From Pseudobdellovibrionaceae bacterium (GTDB lineage Bacteria; Bdellovibrionota; Bdellovibrionia; Bdellovibrionales; JAMPXM01): DNA of 64,000 bases. The first letter of the stretch is position 1, and the number at the start of each line of letters is the position of its first letter. The translations under genes and the position numbers were made by a program. The notes beneath the pieces were generated by a model. The model did no database searches. It worked only from the letters and a program-made list of their open reading frames with translations, and was not told the origin of the DNA. Below are positions 48,721 to 59,205 of this stretch, piece by piece. The stretch lies in the NCBI GenBank assembly GCA_947462815.1, contig CANHQR010000001.1, forward strand, positions 32,038-96,037. Direction: 5' to 3'.

Positions 48721-49443
48721 TCACTGGTCCTTGAAGAAGTTGCGCTTTGCTACGTTCAAAAAGTCAGAACTGAAGCTGGTGAGATCCATTTCAATCCGCC
48801 GAACTTGGCCAACGAAATAGTTGTAAGCCGCTGTCGCCGGCAGGGCGGCGAACAACCCCACGGCTGTCGCAAAGAGCGCCTCTGAAATACCTGGTGCGAC
48901 GACCGCAAGGCTGGCCGAGCCGGCCGAAGCAATTTGCTGGAACGAAGTCATAATCCCAAGGACCGTCCCCAAGAGACCAATAAAAGGCGCGGTACTTCCT
49001 GTTGTCGCCAAGAAGTTCAATCGGGATTCAGCTGAAGCGATTTCGTTGTCGATCGATTTGCGAAGCGATCTCTCCAAGTTGTCGATACCAGTGAGTCGAT
49101 GACTCCCGCCGATCTCGGCCTCTTTGCCTCCGAATGCACTCTCGGCGATTCTCTGCATTTCCGCGAAGGCGACAGCGAAGACTCGAGCCACATTGGAATC
49201 TTCGTGTTCCCGCACCTTCGCGAACATATCTTCCAAAGAGGGAGCCCGCCAAAAGGCTTCAATGAACTTCGCGTTGGCGGCACGCACTTTATTGAATTGG
49301 CGACTCTTTGTCAGAATGATCGCCCAAGAGATCACCGAGAGAAGAATCATCACCAGCAGAAGGGCTTGGACCAACGGACCGGCGTTGAGAACTCCGTCCA
49401 AGACTCCGGCTTTCACTGCAACTTTGGCCTGCATTCCACCCAT
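48721..49443 (-). CDS. tolQ: TolQ (MotA/TolQ/ExbB family)
   Basis: The 240-aa ORF has three TM helices, with LATTGSTAPFIGLLGTVLGIM and ALFATAVGL. Confidence 0.9.
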   Translation of the reverse strand: MGGMQAKVAVKAGVLDGVLNAGPLVQALLLVMILLSVISWAIILTKSRQFNKVRAANAKFIEAFWRAPSLEDMFAKVREHEDSNVARVFAVAFAEMQRIAESAFGGKEAEIGGSHRLTGIDNLERSLRKSIDNEIASAESRLNFLATTGSTAPFIGLLGTVLGIMTSFQQIASAGSASLAVVAPGISEALFATAVGLFAALPATAAYNYFVGQVRRIEMDLTSFSSDFLNVAKRNFFKDQ

Positions 49444-49524
49444 TTATGCCCCCTCGGTGCTCGCGATGTTGCAGCCTGAGGATCGCTGCAAGTCGCTTGT
49501 GGGGAATAGGCTATGGCGGGATGA

Positions 49525-50508
49525 TCATTCGGTCAAAAGCGATGGCAGAATCTCGGTCGAATTCAGAAGAACACCATCGACCTGCTGCTCGAGGAGGCGT
49601 CGCGCTGTGGCGACATCCGACGCTGGACCCCAATAAACCTTCAGGCGTCGTCGTCGGGCTTCTTCGATGAGTGAGCTGCGAATGCGAGGCCGACCTGAGT
49701 TGAGAGGCTCCTCGATCGCGGAGACCACGGCATCGGCTTTGAGCTGCGAAAGTGCGGCGAGGCCAAATTGAGAGAGCATCTCCAGTTGCAGAAGTGTGGC
49801 TTGGCTTGTGCCGAAAATTCCGGCGGCGCGAGCCTCCCGGAGCGACTTCAGGATGCCATCGCTTTCCGAATGAAACACCACGTGTGATTGCGACAGCTGG
49901 GAGGCGCTTGTCGTCGGGGAGTCGACAACAATTTCGAGGACTCGAGCCTCGAGACCTGGCCGTCGAGAAATCAAGTTTAACAGAAGAGGCGGGGGATTTT
50001 GTGTGCCGGCGAGTTCTCGGGAGTAGAGCTCGGCGAACTCGGGCAAAGTCATGAGACCCGTTTTTCGGCACTCATCGGTGAGTGCGATCTCAACGGGCTT
50101 CGGCGGGCGGCCTTCGACGGTCGGGCGGCTCAGGAGTTCCTGACGAGAGAGGATCGCCTCGCGCTCGCCATTAAAACGCACATCGAGCCAATAACCAAAG
50201 CTCCATGGTGTTTGCGCCGCGGACTGAGTTTTCTGGAGCTCACGCACGCGGGAGAGGCTGGACGAGAAGTCCGCTGCCGTGTCGGGTGTGCGCAATCTCA
50301 ACCAGAGAATGCGGCGTTGGTCGGCGTGGATTTCGCGAAAAAGGGGGTGATCAAAGGGGGGGCGCAAGGGTTCCGATTCGGCTTTGTACTTGAGGAAAAT
50401 CCAGCCTGCAGAGCACAGAAATAAGACGATGCTGAGGACCTGGATGAGGGAACGAAGCGCGCTAGGTCTGTTTGATAAATTATCGATATCATTCATTAAT
50501 TTTAACAC
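49525..50508 (-). CDS. Hypothetical membrane-anchored protein, possibly with a degenerate glycerophosphodiester-phosphodiesterase-like fold
   Basis: The 327-aa ORF has an N-terminal TM (LIQVLSIVLFLCSAGWIFL). The layout WLDVRF...TLPEFAELY...LLLNLISR...LKVYWGP...QVDGVLLN is reminiscent of GDPD TIM barrels, but the catalytic His residues are absent. This is very tentative. Confidence 0.35.
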   Translation of the reverse strand: MLKLMNDIDNLSNRPSALRSLIQVLSIVLFLCSAGWIFLKYKAESEPLRPPFDHPLFREIHADQRRILWLRLRTPDTAADFSSSLSRVRELQKTQSAAQTPWSFGYWLDVRFNGEREAILSRQELLSRPTVEGRPPKPVEIALTDECRKTGLMTLPEFAELYSRELAGTQNPPPLLLNLISRRPGLEARVLEIVVDSPTTSASQLSQSHVVFHSESDGILKSLREARAAGIFGTSQATLLQLEMLSQFGLAALSQLKADAVVSAIEEPLNSGRPRIRSSLIEEARRRRLKVYWGPASDVATARRLLEQQVDGVLLNSTEILPSLLTE

Positions 50509-50647
50509 TCGGCGTAAGGATTCGCTTCTTGTAAACCCGGATCTTTTTGGTCCGCAATAGATTGCACTTCGTGCTATTATCGTTTAGCTTTCATCGCCAC
50601 AATACCTCGTGATTTGTTCGGGGCGCCGAACGCTAAGGACGCCGTTT

Positions 50648-51097
50648 ATGAACCGGATTCACCGAAAAGTCGAGTACGCATTGATGTCGCTCAAGCACAT
50701 GCGGGCCAAAGCTCCGGGCGAGCGAAGCACAGTCAAAGAAATTGCGACGACCTACAAAATGCCACCCGATATGACCGCACGCGTACTGCAAACGCTTTCG
50801 CAGCACGGACTGCTCGATGCTGAACAGGGCGTTCGCGGTGGATACTATATCGCCAAAGATTTACAGCATGTGAGCCTTCACGACCTTATGGAAATGTTGA
50901 TGGGTCCATTTGCGGTGGCTCGGTGCTTGGGCGCGAGCGACGAAGGGCAGTGCGAGATGGTGAACTCTTGCAATATCGTGTCACCCATTCAGTCCCTCAA
51001 TCGCAAGATCGGCGAATTCTATAAATCCTTGAGTTTGGCCGAGCTCATCGAGAGCAAGCCTCAACGTGTTTCTGAGCGTCGGGCGGAGGCCACATGA
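50648..51097 (+). CDS. Rrf2-family transcriptional regulator (IscR/SufR-like)
   Basis: The N-terminal wHTH is [14 protein letters not shown]...[39 protein letters not shown], and Cys residues (ARCLG...GQCEMVNSC) fit Fe-S ligation. The start is the ATG at 50648; the track ORF begins at 50609. It has a 4-bp overlap with sufB. Confidence 0.85.
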   Translation: MNRIHRKVEYALMSLKHMRAKAPGERSTVKEIATTYKMPPDMTARVLQTLSQHGLLDAEQGVRGGYYIAKDLQHVSLHDLMEMLMGPFAVARCLGASDEGQCEMVNSCNIVSPIQSLNRKIGEFYKSLSLAELIESKPQRVSERRAEAT

Positions 51098-52524
51098 GCG
51101 GACTACCGATTGATACGGGGTACAAGTACGGCTTTGTTTCTGACATCGAGACGGAGAGCGTTGGCAAAGGCTTAAACGAAGATGTGATCCGATTGATTTC
51201 ATCGAAGAAGAACGAGCCCACATGGATGCTCGATTACCGGCTCAAGGCCTTCCGCCATTGGCAGAGCATGAGCTCTCCGGAGTGGGCCGATCTCAAGTAT
51301 CCCCCGATCGACTTTCAAGACATTTGCTACTATTCGGCGCCCAAGAAAAAGGGCGACGGCCCTCAGAGTCTTGATGAATTGGATCCTGAGCTTCTCAAGA
51401 CTTTTGAGAGACTCGGCATTCCCCTCTCCGAACAAAAGCGAATCTCGGGTGTCGCCGTCGATGCGGTCTTTGATAGCGTTTCCGTGGGCACAACTCATCA
51501 AGAAGAATTGAAAAAACACGGGGTCGTATTCTGCTCGATTTCTGAGGCTCTCCACACCCATGGCGATCTGGTCAGAAAGTACCTGGGCAGCGTGGTGCCA
51601 CACACAGACAATTATTTTGCGGCGCTCAACGCCGCCGTGTTCACGGACGGCTCATTTGTCTACGTACCAAAAGGTGTTCGCTGTCCGATCGACCTTTCGA
51701 CCTACTTTCGAATCAACGCGAGTGAGACCGGTCAGTTTGAGCGAACTTTGATTGTCGCAGATGAAGATTCCTTCGTGAACTACCTCGAAGGCTGCACGGC
51801 TCCACAGCGGGATGAAAACCAGCTTCACGCCGCGGTGGTCGAGCTGGTGGCACTCGAGCGTGCCGAAATCAAATACTCAACCGTTCAGAACTGGTACATG
51901 GGAGACAAAGAGGGCCGCGGCGGAATCTACAATTTCGTGACGAAGCGAGGTATTTGCAAAGGCCGCGCTTCAAAAATCTCATGGACGCAAATTGAAACAG
52001 GTTCAGCCATTACATGGAAGTACCCGAGCTGCGTACTTTTGGGTGACGAGTCGCAAGGTGCATTCTACTCAGTGGCGCTCACCCACGACTACATGCAGGC
52101 CGACACCGGCACAAAGATGATCCACATCGGCAAGAATACCAAGTCGACGATCCTATCGAAAGGCATCTCGGCGGGACATTCGACAAACTCCTACCGCGGG
52201 CAAGTGAAGATCATGCCGTCGGCTCAGAACGCGCGAAACTACTCGCAGTGTGATTCCATGTTGGTGGGCCAAGACTGCTCGGCGAACACGTATCCCTACC
52301 TGGAGATCAAGAATCCGACGGCGACACTCGAGCATGAAGCCACGACATCGCGAATCAGTGAGGATCAACTCTTCTATTTGCAGTCTCGAGGTCTCGACAA
52401 AGAGGCCGCGATCTCCATGTTGGTGAACGGGTTCTGCAAAGACGTCTTCAAGCAACTGCCGCTGGAGTTTTCTGTTGAGGCGGTGAAATTGATCGAAATG
52501 AAACTTGAAAATTCAGTGGGATGA
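51094..52524 (+). CDS. sufB: Fe-S cluster assembly scaffold SufB
   Basis: The 476-aa ORF has the typical SufB C-terminal beta-helix ([14 protein letters not shown]..., LFYLQSRGL). Confidence 0.95.
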   Translation: MSGLPIDTGYKYGFVSDIETESVGKGLNEDVIRLISSKKNEPTWMLDYRLKAFRHWQSMSSPEWADLKYPPIDFQDICYYSAPKKKGDGPQSLDELDPELLKTFERLGIPLSEQKRISGVAVDAVFDSVSVGTTHQEELKKHGVVFCSISEALHTHGDLVRKYLGSVVPHTDNYFAALNAAVFTDGSFVYVPKGVRCPIDLSTYFRINASETGQFERTLIVADEDSFVNYLEGCTAPQRDENQLHAAVVELVALERAEIKYSTVQNWYMGDKEGRGGIYNFVTKRGICKGRASKISWTQIETGSAITWKYPSCVLLGDESQGAFYSVALTHDYMQADTGTKMIHIGKNTKSTILSKGISAGHSTNSYRGQVKIMPSAQNARNYSQCDSMLVGQDCSANTYPYLEIKNPTATLEHEATTSRISEDQLFYLQSRGLDKEAAISMLVNGFCKDVFKQLPLEFSVEAVKLIEMKLENSVG

Positions 52525-53315
52525 GGAGTTCTACCGTGAGTGCGACATCCATGGAAAAGCCGGCGTTACTTGAAGTCGTGGACTTGCACGTCAATGTGCA
52601 AGGAAAGCCTGTGTTAAAGGGGCTCAATTTAACGATTCGTCCTGGTGAAGTGCATGCGATCATGGGACCGAACGGTTCGGGCAAATCGACACTCTCAAAG
52701 GTGATTGCCGGCCATCCTGATTATGAGGTCGTATCGGGACAGGTTCGCTATGAAGTGAATTTTCAAATGCGCGATCTCTTGGAGCTTGAGCCGGACGAGC
52801 GCGCCAAAGAAGGCGTATTTCTGGCATTCCAATACCCTGTCGAGGTTCCCGGCGTCAGCAATCGCAATTTCTTGCGCACTTCCTACAACGCGATTTGCAA
52901 ACATCAGGGAACTGAAGCCTTGAGTGATGCGGCCTTCGACCAATACCTCAAAAGTAAAATGGCTTTGGTTGAGATGGATGAAAAGTTCTTAGATCGGGGT
53001 GTGAACGTCGGCTTTTCGGGCGGCGAGAAGAAGCGCAATGAGATCTTGCAGATGGCCGTGCTCTCACCGCGTCTGGCGCTGTTGGATGAAACTGACTCTG
53101 GCCTAGACATTGATGCGCTGAGAATCGTGTCGAACGGGGTGAATCGACTGAAATCGCGTCACAACGCCATTGTCATGGTCACACATTATCAGCGCTTGCT
53201 GGATCACATTACGCCAGACTTCGTGCACGTTCTTGCCGGTGGAAAGATCGTAGAGACCGGAGATAAATCACTCGCATTGAAACTCGAGGAAAAAGGTTAT
53301 GACTGGCTCCTCTGA
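52521..53315 (+). CDS. sufC: Fe-S cluster assembly ATPase SufC
   Basis: The motifs are [33 protein letters not shown] and VTHY. It has an ATGA overlap with sufB. Confidence 0.95.
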   Translation: MRSSTVSATSMEKPALLEVVDLHVNVQGKPVLKGLNLTIRPGEVHAIMGPNGSGKSTLSKVIAGHPDYEVVSGQVRYEVNFQMRDLLELEPDERAKEGVFLAFQYPVEVPGVSNRNFLRTSYNAICKHQGTEALSDAAFDQYLKSKMALVEMDEKFLDRGVNVGFSGGEKKRNEILQMAVLSPRLALLDETDSGLDIDALRIVSNGVNRLKSRHNAIVMVTHYQRLLDHITPDFVHVLAGGKIVETGDKSLALKLEEKGYDWLL

Positions 53316-54567
53316 GTATCAGCCCCCACAAAATCGTTCTCCGCAGGGCCAGCGTCTCCAAGATGCTTGGAATCATGCGACGACTCCAGTTGGTCTTCCG
53401 GAACTCGCGTGGCGTCCCGCGCTGGCGGCTCAGCTCTCGAAAAGTTGGCCGAGTGCTCGAGAAGAAGAATGGAAGTACTCGCCGATCTCACAAATCCAAG
53501 CATATCAATGGTCGCCGGTCGCGGATGAAGTGCGCTTTGAATTACCCGAAGGCGTTGAGGCTTGTCGGATGTCGGCCGTTTCGGGAAGCGTTTTAGATCG
53601 TGTCAAAAGCTTGATGAACATTCCGCCCGCTCATCGCTTCAATGCGATGGCGTGGATCATGGATCAAGATGTTTGGGTCATTCGAGTCCCTCGCGGCCTT
53701 TCGCCGAGCGCACCACTCAGGGTCTTCGCGCCTCGAGGAAGCGAAGGATCGTGGTCTTGTGCGGCTTGGATTCTCTTGGTCGAGGCCGAAGCTCATTTGA
53801 GTGTGGTTGAGTACTATGGCCCTCAGGCGAGTGCGACCAGCTGGGGAGCAAGGTTCTTCTTGGAATCCGGAAGCGCCGTGGAGCATCTCCGAGTGCAAAG
53901 CGCCGCATCCGACTCTTGGGGTTTTGCCGAATCCATTGCGCTGGTGGGTGAAAACGCCAGGTATGTCCAAACGCAGATCTCGTCGGGCGGCAAAATGTGT
54001 CGTGAAGACGCCGTGGTGCGACTGCAAGGTCGTGGCGCGGAAGCCCACCTCGACGCCGTGTTTATGGCGCGGCAAGAGCAGGTTCTCGATCATCGCACGA
54101 ACATCGATCATGAAGTCGGCGACACTCAATCTCACCAGCTCTACAAGGGCCTATTGGCGGACAGCGCCCGCGGCATATTCAATGGACGTATTTTGATTCG
54201 TCGAGGTGCAGTCGGCGCGAATGCCGCTCAATTGAGCCAAAACCTTTTGCTCTCACCCCAAGCTGAAATCAATACGAAGCCGGAGCTGCAAATCGATGCG
54301 GATGACGTCAAGGCTGCTCACGGAGCGGCCGTTGGACAATTGGACGCTGAGCATTTGTTTTATTTGCAATCGCGGGGAATATCCGAAGAAAAGGCAAAAG
54401 AAGTTCTTCTGCTCGGTTTCGCTCTCGAGGCGCTGCGCGGACTTCGAGATCCTGAGTTGTTGAAAATCGGCAACTCGCAGATCGAGGCTGAAGCGAACCT
54501 CATGCTGAGGACCCGGAAGAGCGAAGCGCTGGCGAGCGAATCATCGCGATCGGGGAAGCTCCCATGA
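53299..54567 (+). CDS. sufD: Fe-S cluster assembly protein SufD
   Basis: The 422-aa ORF has SufBD-type beta-helix repeats and [18 protein letters not shown]. Confidence 0.85.
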   Translation: MTGSSEYQPPQNRSPQGQRLQDAWNHATTPVGLPELAWRPALAAQLSKSWPSAREEEWKYSPISQIQAYQWSPVADEVRFELPEGVEACRMSAVSGSVLDRVKSLMNIPPAHRFNAMAWIMDQDVWVIRVPRGLSPSAPLRVFAPRGSEGSWSCAAWILLVEAEAHLSVVEYYGPQASATSWGARFFLESGSAVEHLRVQSAASDSWGFAESIALVGENARYVQTQISSGGKMCREDAVVRLQGRGAEAHLDAVFMARQEQVLDHRTNIDHEVGDTQSHQLYKGLLADSARGIFNGRILIRRGAVGANAAQLSQNLLLSPQAEINTKPELQIDADDVKAAHGAAVGQLDAEHLFYLQSRGISEEKAKEVLLLGFALEALRGLRDPELLKIGNSQIEAEANLMLRTRKSEALASESSRSGKLP

Positions 54568-55823
54568 CTTCGAGCTTGAGTTGGTCGCAAAGCTCAAACG
54601 TGTTTGATGTCATACGTGCCCGCCACGATGTGCCTCAGGCTTCCATGCAGATTCGCAATCGCGACTTGGTTTATCTCGACAGTGCGGCGACCAGCATGAA
54701 GCCGATTCAGGTGATGAATCGAATTCGAGACTTCTATTCAAGCGAGAACGCGAATGTGCATCGCGGAGCTCATGAGTTGGCCCAACGAGGCACCTCAGCA
54801 TATGAGGGTGCTCGAAAGAGTGTTGCCGAGTTCATCGGTGCAGCCTCAGCGTCGGAGATTGTCTTTACCCGTGGAACGACCGAGTCGTTGAATTTGGTCG
54901 CCCGTGCCTTGGGCGGACATGAGCTGAGGCCGGGCGACGAGATCGTTTTGTCGCAGCTCGAACATCACTCGAACATTGTGCCTTGGCAGATGATCGCCCA
55001 GGAGCGTGGTGCGCAGATTCGCTTTGCAAGCGTTGATGCTTCAGATGGCATAGATCTCGATTCGCTCGCGTCGCTTTTGGGGCCGCGAACCCGTTTGGTT
55101 TCCCTCAGTTGGGTTTCGAATGTTACCGGCGCGCGATTGAATGTTGCCCAAGTGCGACGTCTACTCGATCAGCGCGCTCCGGAAGCCGTTTTCGTTCTCG
55201 ACGCGGCTCAAGCCGTTACGGCATTTCCCCTCCAGGTGAGTCAATCAGGAGCCGACTTCGTCGCGTTTTCGGGCCACAAGGTACATGGTCCCTTCGGCAT
55301 CGGCGTGTTGTGGGGACGAATGTCACGACTTGAAAATCTGGCCCCCTATCAGGGTGGCGGGAGTATGATCCATGAGGTTCGCCTCGAGGCTTCCACATGG
55401 GCGGATGTTCCACAAAAATTTGAGGCTGGCACGCCGAATATCGAAGGTGCATTAGGACTCGAAGCGGCGTTGCGGTGGTTCGTTTCGATCAATCCGACAG
55501 GTGCAACGGCTCATGCCAAAGCTTTGGCCCAACTCACGCGGCAAAAGCTCCGGGAGATTCCTGGAGTCGTTTTATATGGTGGCTCTCATGAGAGTTCGAT
55601 TGTTTCGTTCAATCTTGAGGGGGCTCATGCGAGCGACTTGGGGAGCCTGCTCGACCAACAGGGCATTGCAATCCGAACGGGTCACCATTGCTGCCAGCCC
55701 TTGATGGCCCATTGGAATGTCCCGTCGACCGCCCGCGCAAGCTTTTCATTTCTAAATCTTGAGTCGGACGTGCATCGAATGATCGAGGCCGTACGTAAAT
55801 CTAAGCAAATGTTGCTCGACTAG
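54564..55823 (+). CDS. sufS: Cysteine desulfurase SufS (class V aminotransferase, group II)
   Basis: The motifs are HHSNIVPW, FSGHKVHGPFGIGVL (PLP lysine) and RTGHHCCQPL (catalytic Cys loop). Confidence 0.9.
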   Translation: MTSSLSWSQSSNVFDVIRARHDVPQASMQIRNRDLVYLDSAATSMKPIQVMNRIRDFYSSENANVHRGAHELAQRGTSAYEGARKSVAEFIGAASASEIVFTRGTTESLNLVARALGGHELRPGDEIVLSQLEHHSNIVPWQMIAQERGAQIRFASVDASDGIDLDSLASLLGPRTRLVSLSWVSNVTGARLNVAQVRRLLDQRAPEAVFVLDAAQAVTAFPLQVSQSGADFVAFSGHKVHGPFGIGVLWGRMSRLENLAPYQGGGSMIHEVRLEASTWADVPQKFEAGTPNIEGALGLEAALRWFVSINPTGATAHAKALAQLTRQKLREIPGVVLYGGSHESSIVSFNLEGAHASDLGSLLDQQGIAIRTGHHCCQPLMAHWNVPSTARASFSFLNLESDVHRMIEAVRKSKQMLLD

Positions 55824-55833
55824 AGGTATCGCG

Positions 55834-56397
55834 ATGTCCACGCACAACGTTCAAGTTCGCATTCAGCCGACGCCCAATCCGAACGCCTTGAAGTTCGTCA
55901 CCAACGTGGCTGTGAAGAATACGGGTAAGGCGACTTTTGCAAAGCCCTCGGAGGCGACCGGCATTCTCCTCGCCGAGGATTTGTTCATGATTGAAGGCGT
56001 ACGGCAGCTCCACTTTTTTGAGAATGTCACGACGGTGACTTTTGCGGAAGATGCAGACGTTGCGACTCTCGAGTTGGAAGTTCAGGCCGTCCTTCAGCGT
56101 CGTTTGCCGATTCATGATCCGAACTTTCTTATGCCTGATGAACGACAGAAGGCCTCTCGCGAGACTCTCCCAGAACCCATGCGAAGAATTGAGCAGATTC
56201 TTGATGAGACTGTTCGCATGCACTTGCAAGGTGATGGTGGTGATATCGAAGTTTTGAAGTACGAAAACCATCAGCTGGAAGTTCGCTATCAAGGCGCGTG
56301 CGGCACTTGCCCATCATCTGTCGGTGGCACCTTGGAGGCGATCCAAGGTATTCTGCGCGATCAGTTTGATCCTGAACTCATTGTTGTGCCTGTTTGA
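55834..56397 (+). CDS. Nfu-type Fe-S carrier (Nfu N-terminal domain plus NifU C-terminal domain)
   Basis: The N-terminal segment QPTPNPNALKFV marks the Nfu_N domain. The C-terminal segment is LQGDGGDIEV...GACGTCPSS, with the CxxC motif. Confidence 0.85.
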   Translation: MSTHNVQVRIQPTPNPNALKFVTNVAVKNTGKATFAKPSEATGILLAEDLFMIEGVRQLHFFENVTTVTFAEDADVATLELEVQAVLQRRLPIHDPNFLMPDERQKASRETLPEPMRRIEQILDETVRMHLQGDGGDIEVLKYENHQLEVRYQGACGTCPSSVGGTLEAIQGILRDQFDPELIVVPV

Positions 56398-56410
56398 TGT
56401 GATGAGAGGC

Positions 56411-57097
56411 TTAGCGCGATAAACCATCGCGTCGCGAGTCTTGGGGCCTTCTCGTATCGGTTCTATCTGCTCCTGCGGGATCTCGCTCTGACGATGAGAT
56501 CGGCAAATCGAACTGCGAAAGCTGACCGACGGCTTGACCATTGATTTCTCGGTAAACGTGAAGCACGACCGGTAACTCCATCGCCCGCATATCCTTCCCG
56601 TTCGAATCCAGATCCCACTCCACTTCGATGCGCAGGGGCCAGCTCTGCCCAGCTTGGAGCGGCGGGATGCGACCTTCGATTTGAGCTTCTCCCGGTGTCA
56701 ACGATGTGTTCGCCAGGCGGACTCCTTGAGGTAGAATCCATGTGAAGCGTTGTTCACCAATCGCCCGCCGGGGAACAACTAATGTCGCGGCGACAAATCG
56801 AGCGACCGAGGCGGCCCTAGAGGTTGTACCTCGTGAGGTATCACTCACTTCGCCTTGTGCTTCGGCAGGTTCGTCTTGAATCTGCAAGAGGCTCAACTGC
56901 GGAGAATGCTTTTCGGTTCTGTGCGGAGGTTCGGAGGGAGGGGCTCTTCGTCCTCGATGGTCGCGAGGATGTGATGTTGATGGGTCTTGAGAGCTCACTG
57001 AGATCCACCAAGCGATGGCATAACTCACCAAACACATGGCCGCGAGAATGATGAGCGAGCGATGAGATCGAAGTGCGGTTCTTACTTTCTCGGACAT
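56411..57097 (-). CDS. Hypothetical membrane-anchored protein, coupled to the upstream metalloprotease-like gene
   Basis: The 228-aa ORF has an N-terminal TM (LIILAAMCLVSYAIAWWI), a disordered basic/Pro segment and a probable beta-rich C-terminal part. Its start overlaps the stop of the 680-aa gene by 16 nt. Confidence 0.45.
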   Translation of the reverse strand: MSEKVRTALRSHRSLIILAAMCLVSYAIAWWISVSSQDPSTSHPRDHRGRRAPPSEPPHRTEKHSPQLSLLQIQDEPAEAQGEVSDTSRGTTSRAASVARFVAATLVVPRRAIGEQRFTWILPQGVRLANTSLTPGEAQIEGRIPPLQAGQSWPLRIEVEWDLDSNGKDMRAMELPVVLHVYREINGQAVGQLSQFDLPISSSERDPAGADRTDTRRPQDSRRDGLSR

Positions 57098-59124
57098 CTT
57101 TGCTCACCATTGAGTTTGAGTTGATAGAGCACAGAGGCCTGCGGGTCCGCTTTGGTGCGGACGGGTAGTCGCCGAGCGTCGATCCTCAGCTGCAAAAGAT
57201 AAACGCCGGCAGGCAGCGCAACGCTTAAACCGCGAATCCTGCGCTCGAAACCGGGGGCATCTGTTGAGGAAATGAGACAGTTCGGTTCCTGGCAGTCTTG
57301 AGAGTTCACGGTCGACTTCGCCAGAAGAAATCGATCGATGCCGATTCGATGACCAGGTGCCCAAAGATAGAGTTGGGTATCCACCAGCGATTCCTGTGCG
57401 AAGTGAAGTTCGGCATTGAGAGTGCCACCGGGATGATGGACTTCAAGAAAATCATTGTTCATGTTCCAATCGAGACTCGACCAATCACCCCAGTCCCAGG
57501 GCATGCGGCGGGCGAACATCTTCGTCGGCGAGCAAGTCGTATCGGCAAGGAGAGGCGTCGCGTATTCGCCTTCCCCATGAAGCATGACTTCCCGTTGCAA
57601 ATGCGAGGTCCAATCCGAGGCGTTGGGCCTTAAGCTATGGCGTTTGTGAAAGCTCGCGAATGTGGGAAAGCCCTCTCTCTCTTGATGGCTGAGATGGCGG
57701 GATTGAAAGGCCAACCAGATTTCTACGAAACCAGATTGTTTGAGAGCCGAGTGCAAAAGACGGCTCACGGCGAATTCGCGAAAAATTCCCTCGCCCCTGG
57801 CGTCTGGATCTGGGAGGTCGCGCTCGGGATGCTCGAACGACTCATGAATGAGGGCGCCCGCGCAGAGAGAGGGACATTCCGGAGTCCCGTACGAGTCCCG
57901 GTAGTAGTCTCGGCCCGTGATGGCGGCTTGCAAAAAGTTGGCAAAGCCCTCGCTCCATGCGAGGCGTGGATCAATGAGAGAATCGCCGTCATGCGCGCCG
58001 CCTGGCGATGCGGTATGACCGAAGAAATCCTCGAGGAAGTGAGCGTACTCGTGAAGTACGACGGCGTCGTCAAAGTGATCCATGTCGCTGGAGACCGTGT
58101 TGCCCCGAAGTCCGCCTGAAATGTAGATCGAGGCGGAACCGCGAATGTAGTAACTGGCTGAGCTCGTTGATTGAGGTGACTCGTTGGGGCTTCGACCAGG
58201 TCGCCAGTAGATTTGTGCTCGAGGTGCGCGTTCAAATGGCTTACAGGCGGGCCAGTTTGGATCGCAACCTTGAGTTTGGGAGCGAAGATAGTCTTGCGCA
58301 CGCAATGTGAGTTCCAGCATATGGAAGGCGCCGCCGAGAAGATCGCCGCGAACCTTGGCTCGAAGTCGAAGTGGAGTTTCATGATCAGAGGCGTCGGCGA
58401 TCAACGCGTAAGTTCGATTGCTGTCCGGCGAATCGAGAATAGAAGTTGAATTTCGATGATGGTGGGCGCGCGCTCGGACTTCGAGGCGCCAGGATTGTGC
58501 CGAAGCTGGAATGGACACGGAGAAGTGGCCCAAGTCGTCGGTGGTACCGCACTGAAGAGTTTGACCGTTGGGATCGAGTACGGCCACTTCTGCCAACCGA
58601 ATTGGATGAGGGTGAGGATTTCGTGTGGGCATTGGGAGGCCTTGATGGCGAGTGACTTCCCATTCTTGGCCGATCGGAGGAGCCGTGAAAAGATGGGCGC
58701 CGGCTCGATAGACATCCCAGTCATTGGGAAATTGCGAAGCGAGTGCGGCCAGCACGTCTTGAGATTTGGACCATCCGCTCACAGGAGGCGCCGCACGAAA
58801 TTGGAGAACTTGCCCCGAGGATGAACGTACTTCGATGTCGACTCCGATTTGCGCGTCCCATGGAGTCGGTGTGGACCATCGAAAAGCCGCATCCGTGGGG
58901 AGACCATTACCGTCGCTCCGAAACTCGTAATGAGCTGTGCCCTCCACGTTCCGAGATGGGCCGAGAATTGCCTGAGATTGTGCACAGTAAGGAGCCTCAG
59001 CTTTCGAGGCGAACTGTGACTCGTCTTCAAAGGTTCGTGACGAGTCGCACGCCACCTGAAAAATGGCGCTAAAGCCGACGAGCATTAGACTGTGAATTCG
59101 GCCGTTTCGAAAGATCCATGGCAT
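57082..59124 (-). CDS. Gluzincin-like (clan MA) zinc metalloprotease lipoprotein, putative
   Basis: The lipobox-like sequence is FSAIFQVAC. A CarboxypepD_reg-like segment (VAVLDPNGQTLQCGTTDDLGHFSVSIP) is present. HEYAH (HExxH) is followed 29 residues later by WSEGFANF, like the M1-type NEGFA third-ligand Glu. The C-terminal segment resembles a pre-peptidase C-terminal domain (GVYLLQLRID...YQLKL). Confidence 0.6.
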   Translation of the reverse strand: MPWIFRNGRIHSLMLVGFSAIFQVACDSSRTFEDESQFASKAEAPYCAQSQAILGPSRNVEGTAHYEFRSDGNGLPTDAAFRWSTPTPWDAQIGVDIEVRSSSGQVLQFRAAPPVSGWSKSQDVLAALASQFPNDWDVYRAGAHLFTAPPIGQEWEVTRHQGLPMPTRNPHPHPIRLAEVAVLDPNGQTLQCGTTDDLGHFSVSIPASAQSWRLEVRARAHHHRNSTSILDSPDSNRTYALIADASDHETPLRLRAKVRGDLLGGAFHMLELTLRAQDYLRSQTQGCDPNWPACKPFERAPRAQIYWRPGRSPNESPQSTSSASYYIRGSASIYISGGLRGNTVSSDMDHFDDAVVLHEYAHFLEDFFGHTASPGGAHDGDSLIDPRLAWSEGFANFLQAAITGRDYYRDSYGTPECPSLCAGALIHESFEHPERDLPDPDARGEGIFREFAVSRLLHSALKQSGFVEIWLAFQSRHLSHQEREGFPTFASFHKRHSLRPNASDWTSHLQREVMLHGEGEYATPLLADTTCSPTKMFARRMPWDWGDWSSLDWNMNNDFLEVHHPGGTLNAELHFAQESLVDTQLYLWAPGHRIGIDRFLLAKSTVNSQDCQEPNCLISSTDAPGFERRIRGLSVALPAGVYLLQLRIDARRLPVRTKADPQASVLYQLKLNGEQRCPRK

Positions 59125-59205
59125 GCACCTGCTTATCGGTTGGCTACACCCGAAGATTGACCGAAGCGTCGCTTTGTCGTCTGCTCAACCTGTAGGGAGG
59201 GCTTT

